Shown piece after piece: positions 8,115 through 17,537 of a stretch of 23,584 bases of DNA. Both the position numbers and the translations under genes were made by a program. This stretch comes from a virus, in the UHGV virus genome UHGV-1336742. One strand, 5' to 3'. The notes under the pieces are model-generated. The model worked only from the letters and a program-made list of their open reading frames with translations, was not told the origin of the DNA and did no database searches. Positions within the stretch are counted from its first letter, which is position 1. Each line of letters starts with the position of its first letter.

Positions 8115-8345
8115 TCAACTCAAGAGCCTTATTGCTGCTTCCAGAATTTCTTCTGAAGTAACATGTCGATCCGCGGCTACATAAATGACTTTATGATCTC
8201 CGGTCAGAGATGGAAACCCTGCGGCCATTACAGTAAGGTGTGTTTTTTCGCCATTTGGATATTCACGCATGATGGTGTTAACTCCAGTCATCGCTGGCAC
8301 TACCACTGCTGGTTCAGAGTTAAAAAAAACTATGATTTTTTTCAT
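8115..8345 (-). CDS. ynfN: YnfN-like small protein; the ORF is open upstream to give a 76-aa form
   Basis: C-terminal 51 aa (MREYPNGEKTHLTVMAAGFPSLTGDHKVIYVAADRHVTSEEILEAAIRLLS) equals the expected YnfN length; here an in-frame MKKIIVFFNSEPAVVVPAMTGVNTI extension precedes it. Confidence 0.45.
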   Translation of the reverse strand: MKKIIVFFNSEPAVVVPAMTGVNTIMREYPNGEKTHLTVMAAGFPSLTGDHKVIYVAADRHVTSEEILEAAIRLLS

Positions 8346-8387
8346 GATGTTACCGTAGTATGTGAGTATCCATCGAATAGATACCAA

Positions 8388-8410
8388 GCAAAAAAGCTCC
8401 CGAAGGAGCC
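8388..8410 (-). terminator. Rho-independent terminator downstream of cspI
   Basis: Hairpin GCTCC-CGAA-GGAGC at 8396-8409 followed by a T-run on the minus strand. Confidence 0.5.
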
Positions 8411-8616
8411 TTCATTTTCACTTTTTTAAATCCAACGACAGACGGCTGGCATTTAAGTATTGTGAAATATTATCAAATGTAATCATCATTGATTTACAAA
8501 AGATACATTTTGCCCCGAAAGGATTCATGTCAGAAACATCAAAAGATGATGTTCTATACTGGGAACCATGACAACACGGGCATCTAAAGTGAATATGGTT
8601 TGTAATATTGTCTACC

Positions 8617-8829
8617 TCAAAGCGCCACTACATGAACAGCGGCAGGACCTTTAGGTCCGTTCTCAATACCAAATTCAACTTCCTGATTCTCAGTTAATGT
8701 TTTGAAATCGTTGCTCTGAATTGCTGAGAAATGGACAAACACATCTTTGCTGCCATCTTTCGGCGTGATGAAACCAAAACCTTTTTCAGGGTTAAACCAT
8801 TTCACTAAACCAGTCATTTTGTTAGACAT
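8617..8829 (-). CDS. cspI: Cold-shock protein CspI
   Basis: [70 protein letters not shown]: cold-shock domain with RNP motifs; matches CspI as I recall it. Confidence 0.9.
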   Translation of the reverse strand: MSNKMTGLVKWFNPEKGFGFITPKDGSKDVFVHFSAIQSNDFKTLTENQEVEFGIENGPKGPAAVHVVAL

Positions 8830-9191
8830 AATTATTACCTTTTGAAGAAATTAGCCCTTGGGCAGAATGGTCCGAAAAAAAATATCAGAGAGAAAAACCA
8901 ACAAGGAAATCTCAAGAGGTACAAATAATAAAATTATAACAATGACTGCTTCAGATAAATTTGTAACAAACCAGAACACCATTAACGCATGATTAACCAC
9001 CCATAGCAAGGATTACTTTTGTAAAGAAAAACACAGCAATGAAAGAATAGCTTTATTTATTAATAAAACGTGTCATTCTGATTAAGACCTTTTATCTTAC
9101 CCTTAAGATTTCAGGAATTTTGGCTCATGGAAGAGTCCTTTTTATTTAAATTTTACATTCCGCGATGTAAATGTTCCGATTTAATATTACC

Positions 9192-10215
<1,024 letters not shown>

Positions 10216-10219
<4 letters not shown>

Positions 10220-10527
10220 ATATATTTATGATGAGGACGCTCGTGCTTATTGGCAGGATTTTCAATCTTAAAGGAGTACTGATGCTGCAGATAAGACTCA
10301 ACTTTTTCTGACAATTTTTCTGCTACTTCCAGGAAGACTTGCCGGACGCTCCTTCTGGCTGCTGCCTCATAAAACTCCAGCGCAGCTCCTTCAACACGGT
10401 CCATGGCGACATCCAGGTCAAAAATTTCACCGTCAAAGCGTTCCTTGTCCTGTAAGGCTACAGTTACCGTAACTTTATTCTCAAAATTACGGACTCCTTT
10501 CACAACCAGTTCATAGTCTTGAGTCAT
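10216..10527 (-). CDS. ydfR: YdfR-like protein of unknown function (103 aa) between holin and endolysin
   Basis: ORF MTQDYELVVKGVRNFENKVTVTVALQDKERFDGEIFDL...; assignment by position and length. Confidence 0.55.
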
Positions 10528-10531
10528 TGGA

Positions 10532-10747
10532 TTACTCTCCTCTCGCAGCCTTACGCCTGTCTTCTTTAATCTTGAAATAAAGATTTGTCAGATACGTCAG
10601 CAGGCCAAAAACCAGGCTACCCAGCACACCGATTGCAGCCCACTGTGACGGAGTTACTTTATCGAGTAACTGTAATGCCCAGAAACCAGCATTACCCGCC
10701 GATGTGCCATAGGCAACACCTGTTGTTAACTTATCCATTGATTTCAT
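10532..10747 (-). CDS. essQ: Class II pinholin (phage 21 S-type) with dual-start MKSM motif
   Basis: [71 protein letters not shown] closely resembles S21 pinholin; Met1/Met4 dual start as in the S21 holin/antiholin pair. Confidence 0.85.
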   Translation of the reverse strand: MKSMDKLTTGVAYGTSAGNAGFWALQLLDKVTPSQWAAIGVLGSLVFGLLTYLTNLYFKIKEDRRKAARGE

Positions 10748-10967
10748 ATCCTCACCCCGATGTACACGGATGGTGCAATATGTTTGAAAAAGATCGGAGT
10801 CTACGGGGTAGTTTTGACAGCACACGTTGTTCTCAACGGCGCTAAAGAAACATACACATTAAAAATGTGAGTAATTATTTTGAAAGAAAGTCATATATAA
10901 AATAATAATACGAGAAATGTTTTCATATTTAGTGTACTGTATACGGCCATTTATACAGGAAAAGCCT

Positions 10968-11138
10968 ATGTCAGAACGTAAAGACTCAAAATCACGCCGT
11001 AATTATCTCGTTAAATGTTCCTGCCCAAACTGCACCCAAGAGTCAGAACACAGTTTTTCAAGAGTACAAAAAGGTGCCCTTTTGATCTGCCCTCATTGCA
11101 ACAAAGTATTCCAGACAAATCTTAAAGCTGTAGCCTGA
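10968..11138 (+). CDS. Small zinc-ribbon-like protein (56 aa)
   Basis: MSERKDSKSRRNYLVKCSCPNCTQESEHSFSRVQKGALLICPHCNKVFQTNLKAVA has CxxC...CxxC; on the strand opposite to its neighbours. Confidence 0.45.
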   Translation: MSERKDSKSRRNYLVKCSCPNCTQESEHSFSRVQKGALLICPHCNKVFQTNLKAVA

Positions 11139-11194
11139 TTGATTTTATTAGTAACAAGTATTTTTTATATTTTAATAATATATTTAAAGCAGAT

Positions 11195-11228
11195 AATAAA
11201 AAACCCGCCTGAGCGGGTTTGAGATTGT
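11195..11228. terminator. Bidirectional terminator-like hairpin
   Basis: ACCCGC-CTGA-GCGGGT at 11204-11219 with a T-run on the minus strand and a weaker one on the plus strand. Confidence 0.5.
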
Positions 11229-11501
11229 GGTGCTTTTTGTGGGAGTCATCCACTTACGCACTTTGTTTTGCGATGCCAGCAGTTAGCTTCTGCTGTGAAA
11301 CTATTCATGCAGCAAACCTGCACTTCACCACAATGGTTAGCATACTTTTCCTGATTAAGATTTTGCCAAATATGCTAGCCATTGTTTCATGTATTGGACC
11401 TCCTTACTTTTTATTAAAGAGATCCAATATTCACTACTCTGTCCGTATCTCTACTCAGGCATCAGCCTTCTTCGTTATCGTATACAGACGAGCGATGAAT
11501 T

Positions 11502-11717
11502 TTAATCAGTAATGATGACATTTGCTGCTGCAGGACCTTTAGCACCACTCTCTATAGAGAAGGTAACCTTTTGACCTTCAAATAAGGTTCGATAATTATC
11601 ATTCTGAATCGCAGAAAAATGCACAAACACATCTTTACTACCATCAACAGGAGAAATAAAGCCGAAACCTTTATCAGCGTTAAACCATTTTACTAAACCA
11701 GTCATTTTATTTGACAT
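11502..11717 (-). CDS. cspB: Cold-shock protein CspB
   Basis: [71 protein letters not shown]; matches CspB as I recall it. Confidence 0.9.
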   Translation of the reverse strand: MSNKMTGLVKWFNADKGFGFISPVDGSKDVFVHFSAIQNDNYRTLFEGQKVTFSIESGAKGPAAANVIITD

Positions 11718-12015
11718 TCTACATTCCTTAACTTGAGCCTTTCGGCATAAATGGTTTGCATAACAGAAACGACTTCGTACTTAATTGGAGAGACTCAAAG
11801 AAGGAATAAGTGAATAACACCTGAAATGAGAACTGCTTTAGTAAACTACTTCGTATATCGTCTGTTCTTCAAACCGACGCAGTCATTAACTCATAGTTGA
11901 ACATATGAAGCAATGTTTATTTTAGACATCCAGCCACCTTCAATCCTATCAAAAAAGTAGTTTTCTCCAGGAACGTGTGTATGGTGCACCAGGTTATCAG
12001 TATTAAGGAGTTTTT

Positions 12016-12230
12016 CTGTCCCCTAAAATGACAGGAATTGTCAAAAACTTTGACTACAAAAGCAGCAAAGGTCTTATATTCCCATCCGATGGCGTATCGA
12101 TGCCCAGCTTCACGTTTCAGCTCTCAATCTTCGAGATGCAGAAGAAATTACCACAGGATTACGCGTGGAATTTTGCTGGATAAATGGTTCGCGTGGACCT
12201 TCAACTGCCAATGTTTATCCCGGGATGAGA
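12016..12230 (+). pseudogene. cspF-like cold-shock gene remnant: start codon position reads CTG and a -1 frameshift splits the cold-shock domain
   Basis: AAGGAG is spaced for codon 12016 (CTG). [22 protein letters not shown] (from 12028) and [42 protein letters not shown] (from 12093) are both Csp-like but in different frames, overlapping at base 12093. Confidence 0.55.
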
Positions 12231-12262
12231 TTCAATATCTCTATTGCCCCATTTAAAGCACA

Positions 12263-12295
12263 AAAACCCGCTTATAAGCGGGTTTTCTACTTTTT
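12263..12295. terminator. Bidirectional rho-independent terminator between the cspF remnant and Q
   Basis: AACCCGC-TTATAA-GCGGGTT flanked by A-run upstream and TTTTCTACTTTTTT downstream. Confidence 0.6.
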
Positions 12296-12392
12296 TCTAA
12301 ACGTCGGATACACAAAGCCCATCGTTGAGAAAATCTTATCCATGTTTTTTGAAAAATGCAAACATCATGTCGCCATCTTCAGCAAAAATCAT

Positions 12393-13145
12393 TTATCTCG
12401 TCACCTTCCTCAATTGCGCTTCCGCGTATGCTTCTTCCTGCCAGCACTTTGTTACCAGTTTACCAATGACGTCCGCATACCCCTTATACCACTGATAATC
12501 GGTCAGGTCTGGTACCAGCTTCTGGACATGACGTCGTGCCAGCGTGGTCGGTAAACGACTAAACCGGTTTCCATTACAACGCCCACAAATCTTATATACC
12601 GGTACGCCATGAAACCGGGTTCTTTTTTCATCCAGAACAATCCCTTTACCCTTACACCCTCTGCACGCTGTGCTGACTTCACCCTTACCATGGCAATGCT
12701 GACATAGTTCCTTTACCCATTCTTCCTTGATTACAGATTCCCCGCGTCTGTAGTGTTTCACCACTTCGCGCAATACATTATAAAATCCCGTACCTGAACA
12801 ATGCTCACAGCGAGCCTTACTTGCCGCAGACCTGGAATAATCAGCAAAGGCAAAATTCACGAGGTAAGGAATAATCTGTAACCGGCTTTCTTCACTCAAT
12901 TTGTTCAATGTCGGGTTATCCAGTGCCATCGCGTAATTTAGCAGGCCTTCAATCGCAAACTGAGGGTCCTGAACACCAACTTTTGCCAGAAATAAGGCCA
13001 ACCCAAGTGGTGCTTTCGACTGCACCATCCCCTGCGCTGCCATTACATCCGTAATTGTTAAACAACCGGTGCCTGTCGCTGGAGCGTCATCGCTCAATTT
13101 TGGAGATTTTGGGGAGTAATATTTTGGTAAGGCTTCAAGGTTCAT
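12393..13145 (-). CDS. quuQ: Late-gene antiterminator Q (250 aa from Met at 13145)
   Basis: Cys-rich zinc-binding region (CEHCSGTG...CQHCHGKG...CRGCKGKG...CGRC); start at 13145 has GGAGA Shine-Dalgarno 6 nt upstream. Confidence 0.75.
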   Translation of the reverse strand: MNLEALPKYYSPKSPKLSDDAPATGTGCLTITDVMAAQGMVQSKAPLGLALFLAKVGVQDPQFAIEGLLNYAMALDNPTLNKLSEESRLQIIPYLVNFAFADYSRSAASKARCEHCSGTGFYNVLREVVKHYRRGESVIKEEWVKELCQHCHGKGEVSTACRGCKGKGIVLDEKRTRFHGVPVYKICGRCNGNRFSRLPTTLARRHVQKLVPDLTDYQWYKGYADVIGKLVTKCWQEEAYAEAQLRKVTR

Positions 13146-13158
13146 GCTCGTTCTCCAC

Positions 13159-14247
13159 TTACGCCAGTACGCCAATTGCCAGCGCGCGATCGATAAAACG
13201 AAATATCAGCTCCAGTTGGGAGCCATACTTCTCTTCAAATGCCACTGTATCCGTATGCAGCTCGTTGTGATGCTTTCTGCACAAAGGCAACACAAAGAGA
13301 TCATGTGCTTTTGTTCCCATTCCGCCCTGCCCGTGACCAATCAGATGATGCGGATCGTCGGCTGGCATACCGCAGCAAGCACACGGCTGTGTCTTAACCC
13401 AACGTGTGTATTTCTCCTTAACCCAGCGGCGACGTTTAGGCAGCTTCATGAAAGATTCCGGAGACTCTGGATCAACGGTGATGCTTACCACCGTCTTTTC
13501 CTGTGGTAGTTTTTGTTGCTGGTGGGCGTAAGGCAACGGTGCAAGATTTTTTGTGCGTTGTTTCAATATGCTGGTGGCGGTCTGCTCTCCCGGTACGATG
13601 TCGCTTTCGCGGTACACCGAGCAGATTTTTTCCGCTGGTAATCCCAGCGAACGACGCGATACAGCCTCAGGTAGTGCATCCACCACCTGATTGCAGACCG
13701 CCCACCAGGATAATTCAGCCAAAGATAATTCCCGCTCCTGCGTACCGCTTATTGCGTGACGGATGACGTCAATCACCCATGCTGTCAGATTTTGTTGAGC
13801 AAGCAGCTCCAGTGATTCCGATGTCTGGTCACGCAGTTGGTTGTCGCAGTGCCAACACAACACCATTGCGCCGGTACCATAACGGTGAATGACTGTTTCA
13901 GTGTGATGGTAATCTCCATTAGGCCACTGGCAGGATGTAACATGACGTAATAGCCAGTCAGACAATGCGCCAACGCCGCCAGCAGCACGAATCACCCGTT
14001 CGTTACTAAAAAACGGCAGCAATGTTTTGTCTTCCGCCAGCGGCTGGCCAACGGCAGGAACGACTCCGGATGGCAGATTACGCATGCTTTTTGGTTCCGG
14101 TTCCACCAGCACTCGAGGATTATGAAATATCTGTATGGATTCACGGCCCGGCTTAAGGACCACCAGCCCAAGCTCAGGCACCAGAACAGGTCTAAGTAAT
14201 ACCCGCACGTTACCTCCAGATCCGTTGCTGGAAAGTGCGGGACGCAC
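13159..14247 (-). CDS. ydfU: YdfU-like DUF968 protein with HNH-like motif (start uncertain)
   Basis: C-terminal CACCGMPADDPHHLIGHGQGGMGTKAHDLFVLPLCRKHHNELH resembles an HNH/zinc-binding nuclease motif; first ATG at 14247 overlaps the upstream ORF by 38 nt, alternative Met at about 14085. Confidence 0.7.
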   Translation of the reverse strand: MRPALSSNGSGGNVRVLLRPVLVPELGLVVLKPGRESIQIFHNPRVLVEPEPKSMRNLPSGVVPAVGQPLAEDKTLLPFFSNERVIRAAGGVGALSDWLLRHVTSCQWPNGDYHHTETVIHRYGTGAMVLCWHCDNQLRDQTSESLELLAQQNLTAWVIDVIRHAISGTQERELSLAELSWWAVCNQVVDALPEAVSRRSLGLPAEKICSVYRESDIVPGEQTATSILKQRTKNLAPLPYAHQQQKLPQEKTVVSITVDPESPESFMKLPKRRRWVKEKYTRWVKTQPCACCGMPADDPHHLIGHGQGGMGTKAHDLFVLPLCRKHHNELHTDTVAFEEKYGSQLELIFRFIDRALAIGVLA

Positions 14248-14488
14248 GTGGTGGGCGTTCGGAGTAAGGCAATCTGACTGAGATTATCCAGTGACGGTAG
14301 TCGAGACTAAGGGCTTTCTTAACCTCGTATCCGCGTCTGCGGTAACACTGAATTATCCATTCAGCCTGCTCTTCAGTGCATGGAGGGTGTTGGAACCATT
14401 CAGACTTGAATGCGTGAGAATACCGCTCGTGCGTGCAGGCAAGAACGGGCGAATTATCAGAATTGTAATATTTTACGTTGCGTGCCAT
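14210..14488 (-). CDS. Hypothetical protein (92 aa); 3' end overlaps the ydfU start region
   Basis: ORF MARNVKYYNSDNSPVLACTHERYSHAFKSEWFQHPPCTEEQAEWIIQCYRRRGYEVKKAL...; GGAG Shine-Dalgarno about 7 nt upstream of the ATG. Confidence 0.4.
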   Translation of the reverse strand: MARNVKYYNSDNSPVLACTHERYSHAFKSEWFQHPPCTEEQAEWIIQCYRRRGYEVKKALSLDYRHWIISVRLPYSERPPRASRTFQQRIWR

Positions 14489-14554
14489 CGGTTTTCTCCG
14501 GTGGCACGGTGTTACTCAGCGGGAGTTCAGCCCCGCGCAAGATTGTAGATGAGT

Positions 14555-14806
14555 TTATTCTTCTGCAAAAGCTGAAAAGCCTGCTTTTATTCCGATCTCT
14601 TTCAGTGCCTGTAATGAAGTGACAAACTCACCTTCGCGCAAGATAAATCCGTCTGTCACTCGACCATCCACAAAATTAATTAACGCAGCCCCATTCTTTC
14701 GCAAACACATAATGCGGTAATGACTAACAAGATTTCCATTTTCAACGCACACAGCATAGAGGCCATCTTCACAAAAAATTTTACGCAGTTCTTCGATGTT
14801 CATCAT
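14555..14806 (-). CDS. Small protein of unknown function (83 aa), Rem-like by position and length
   Basis: ORF MMNIEELRKIFCEDGLYAVCVENGNLVSHYRIMCLRKNGAALINFVDGRV...; GGAAGG Shine-Dalgarno 7 nt upstream. Confidence 0.45.
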   Translation of the reverse strand: MMNIEELRKIFCEDGLYAVCVENGNLVSHYRIMCLRKNGAALINFVDGRVTDGFILREGEFVTSLQALKEIGIKAGFSAFAEE

Positions 14807-14924
14807 CAGAATCCTTCCGGATAATTAGCTCTCCCCTTTAAGGGACCATCCCTCTTATCCCTGCGCGCTACTTAAGTATTTTTGATTCTATTCCGGCACC
14901 GTCCAGAACTTCAAACGCGTTGAA

Positions 14925-14953
14925 AATAAAAACAAAAACCCGCCGAAGCGGGT
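14925..14953 (-). terminator. Rho-independent terminator downstream of hokD
   Basis: ACCCGC-CGAA-GCGGGT at 14938-14953 followed on the minus strand by TTTTTGTTTTTATTTTC. Confidence 0.6.
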
Positions 14954-15022
14954 TAAGTGCGGGTGCGTTGAGGATGCCTGCCACATCAGAGGTGGCGAGG
15001 GATTTCTCCCTCGCCGGGTCTC

Positions 15023-15178
15023 TTACTCCTCAGGTTCGTAAGCTGTGAAGACAGCGACCTCCGTCTGGCCGGTTCGGATTCGTACCTCGCAGAGGTCTTT
15101 CCTCGTTACCAGTGCCGTCACTATGACGGTTAAACAGATGACGATCAGGGCGATTAACATCGCCTTTTGCTGCTTCAT
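15023..15178 (-). CDS. hokD: Hok-family type I toxin (51 aa)
   Basis: MKQQKAMLIALIVICLTVIVTALVTRKDLCEVRIRTGQTEVAVFTAYEPEE: Hok/Gef family; AAGGAG Shine-Dalgarno 9 nt upstream. The track ORF extends in frame upstream to 15235 (mok-like leader). Confidence 0.85.
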   Translation of the reverse strand: MKQQKAMLIALIVICLTVIVTALVTRKDLCEVRIRTGQTEVAVFTAYEPEE

Positions 15179-15389
15179 AGCCTGCTTCTCCTTGCCTTCC
15201 GGCACGTAAGAGGCTAACCTACATGTGTCTAGCATGAAATTGGCCTCAGATTAATGTTAAGCGTCTTGCAGGACGCGTAATGTTAACTGGGGCTTTTCTC
15301 TATCTGCCTTTGGTGTTCATGCCCGAGGCAGATAGCCTCAAGCACCCGCAGCCATTCTACTTAACTACCTTTACCTCGCCAATATGAAA

Positions 15390-15479
15390 TCAGTCAGAAA
15401 GGCGATCCATAAGAACAATAGCAAGACAATAAATCGCCATTACAGCCGTAATAGCCAGCGCACATTTGAGAACCAGCAC
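15390..15479 (-). CDS. Candidate 29-aa hydrophobic single-TM peptide with strong Shine-Dalgarno
   Basis: AGGAGG (complement of 15485-15490) lies 5 nt before GTG at 15479; reads MLVLKCALAITAVMAIYCLAIVLMDRLSD then TGA. Not in the ORF track (too short). Confidence 0.25.
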   Translation of the reverse strand: MLVLKCALAITAVMAIYCLAIVLMDRLSD

Positions 15480-15681
15480 CACAACCTCCTGTATTGGACG
15501 TACACCAGTCCTGATGAATATGAGGCTGTCTCGTCAGTGATTCAATACAACTATTGGGTATAGTTTCTCTGATTTTTTCTGTGGAAATGGGACATTACAA
15601 CCTATCGCCACCAACAATTGAGACGCTAATCGCCCCATCTCGTAACCTTATCCAAAACGGGGCCTAAATCATGGCAATTGA

Positions 15682-15894
15682 CTAACGTTTCTGAGTAGAT
15701 AATGCCCTGAAGTAAGCGTTGCTAATCGATTGATAAATCTCAATATCTTCAGAACCTGCAAGTTCGACATACTCACTCTCACATGTAGACGGTTGAGCAG
15801 TGTGTTGGACACTTCTCGTGTTCGAGTGGATTGTTCCTATACTAACTTCTGTTAATATAGGTAGTTCCAACTGGTTTCTGTCGTTTTTTTTCAT
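15682..15894 (-). CDS. Hypothetical small protein (70 aa) immediately downstream of the deaminase gene
   Basis: ORF (M)KKNDRNQLELPILTEVSIGTIHSNTRSVQHTAQPSTCESEYVELAGSEDIEIYQSISNAYFRALSTQKR; an in-frame GTG overlaps the deaminase stop (GTGA); no clear Shine-Dalgarno. Confidence 0.3.
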   Translation of the reverse strand: MKKNDRNQLELPILTEVSIGTIHSNTRSVQHTAQPSTCESEYVELAGSEDIEIYQSISNAYFRALSTQKR

Positions 15895-15899
15895 ATAAA

Positions 15900-17537
15900 T
15901 CACTCAAGCCTCAACAAGTTAAGTTTATTACTATCAACTTCAGCAATAACTACCTGTTCTAATTTAGGAATCGCTTTGAGACTAACGCTATCCACAGGCA
16001 TAGCCGCACCCTCTGTCGCTAACTCTAGCACCCCAGCTTTAGATTTTCGAGATCCAGATTCAAAAAGCTCAAGAAACCTAGTTGGAGCTACTCCATCAAA
16101 TTGTATCAATTTCACTTTTTCATCCGTCTCGATTACTGATTCGGTCATCGCATCCGAATGAAGTTTAAGAGCTAAGCTTTTTCTATACGGCTCAATAAAA
16201 TATACTTCAGAGATACCAGAAGCGATAATATGCCTTGCGCAGGAATGACATGGATAGGTTGTTACAAATATTTTTCCGCCTAAAATTCTTTCTCCTGCCA
16301 CACGAGATGCGCCAAGAATCGCGTGCATTTCTGCATGAACCGCTCTTGAAAACTCTATTAAATCTTTTAATCGTGAGTTTTTTATAATAGTTTGAATCGC
16401 CGCTTCTCTTTTTTTTACAGGGATTATTTTTTCCTGTACAAGGCTATCAATGACAACTTCAGCCAATATTCTCTTTTCCGCATCATTCGAGCAATTTCTA
16501 TTTTGTAATGTATAACAACGATGATCAGGATCAATAACTTTTAAGCGGATAGATTGTTTACCATAGAGACCACCACCATTACGAGGCACATCATTCCAAC
16601 CGGTAGAAAGAAGTTCTCCAGATGAAGATGTTACTGCAGCACCAACTTGTCTTGATAGACATGCAGAATTACGAGCCGCTGAGGTGGCTGCATACATTGC
16701 ATTTTCCTCTTCAGTCGGTGATATAACTGAACTCCTAAAAATTAGCTTAAAGAAACGTTCCAGTTTAGATAGAATTTGGCCTTTAGCATCGGCATTTCCT
16801 GGCTCTGCCAACCCACTGTCAACCCGCAAAAAGTAATCACACTTCGGGAAAGTGTCTCTAACTGATTGCCCATGATCGAACTCTTCACCAGAATCGGTAT
16901 TGATTAGTTCAGCAATATCTTCAACGCTTAGTCTATTAATTTTTGAAAGATTTTCACGCCTTGCCTCTAAAGGGGAAAATACACCTATAGAGAAAATCAT
17001 TTTTCCATAGATTGATTTCAACAACTCAAGCTCAGAAGAGTTTTTAACTGAGTCAATAATATGACAAATTTTTTGATTTTTAATCTTACTCGCTTCCCCT
17101 TTGCTGGATTCATTAACAATATCATCAAATTCACCAAAGTTTTTTTTACGCTCGGCGCTAATTTTAGCAATAGCTAATTTTGCAAGAATATCACTACCAT
17201 AAATTTCACGAAGTTTATCACCCACAGTTATAAGTGACTTGAATTTCTTTAGATTAGTGCTTTCATCAATATTAATTGATGTATATTTTGAATTAATCCG
17301 GATTAGATCACTCAAGCGTATGTCGTATGTTTTATAGCCATATTTTTTAAGCGAGAATGATATCTGCTCAGCAGTCTCATGTAGCGGTGAACCAATTGGC
17401 CCACAAAGTGCGATTATAATCTCTGGAGTAACACTGTCTTTTATTTCTTGAGTTGCATTAATTGTTGACAGCTCGGCAACATCATCATTCCCAACAAGTT
17501 GAAACTCTTGACTTTTATCTAAGGCTGTGCCTTGCAT
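15900..17537 (-). CDS. 545-aa dCMP/cytidine-deaminase-domain protein with a non-canonical N-terminal domain; candidate nucleotide-depletion anti-phage defence deaminase
   Basis: Zinc-deaminase signature HAEMHAIL...PCHSCARHIIASGISEVYF preceded by SAARNSACLSRQVGAAV; N-terminal roughly 260 aa holds a Gly-rich ALCGPIGSP segment lacking canonical Walker-A GK[ST]; gene is AT-rich and sits where K-12 Qin has relBE. Confidence 0.8.
   Translation of the reverse strand: MQGTALDKSQEFQLVGNDDVAELSTINATQEIKDSVTPEIIIALCGPIGSPLHETAEQISFSLKKYGYKTYDIRLSDLIRINSKYTSINIDESTNLKKFKSLITVGDKLREIYGSDILAKLAIAKISAERKKNFGEFDDIVNESSKGEASKIKNQKICHIIDSVKNSSELELLKSIYGKMIFSIGVFSPLEARRENLSKINRLSVEDIAELINTDSGEEFDHGQSVRDTFPKCDYFLRVDSGLAEPGNADAKGQILSKLERFFKLIFRSSVISPTEEENAMYAATSAARNSACLSRQVGAAVTSSSGELLSTGWNDVPRNGGGLYGKQSIRLKVIDPDHRCYTLQNRNCSNDAEKRILAEVVIDSLVQEKIIPVKKREAAIQTIIKNSRLKDLIEFSRAVHAEMHAILGASRVAGERILGGKIFVTTYPCHSCARHIIASGISEVYFIEPYRKSLALKLHSDAMTESVIETDEKVKLIQFDGVAPTRFLELFESGSRKSKAGVLELATEGAAMPVDSVSLKAIPKLEQVVIAEVDSNKLNLLRLE

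Noticed and set aside
8163-8429. 88-aa plus-strand ORF
   Set aside because: Antisense shadow of the ynfN-like gene and runs through the terminator hairpin.
11219-11512. 97-aa plus-strand ORF between the terminator and cspB
   Set aside because: Hydrophobic low-complexity translation in the expected 3' region of the cspB transcript; no start signals seen.
15179-15235. In-frame upstream extension of hokD (70-aa track ORF)
   Set aside because: Hok family proteins are about 50 aa and the Shine-Dalgarno is positioned for the internal Met; the extension is more likely mok-like leader sequence than part of the toxin.
15976-16161. Small plus-strand ORF inside the deaminase gene, and similar antisense ORFs inside the exonuclease gene (20396-21599)
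   Set aside because: Shadow ORFs antisense to long, well-supported coding regions.
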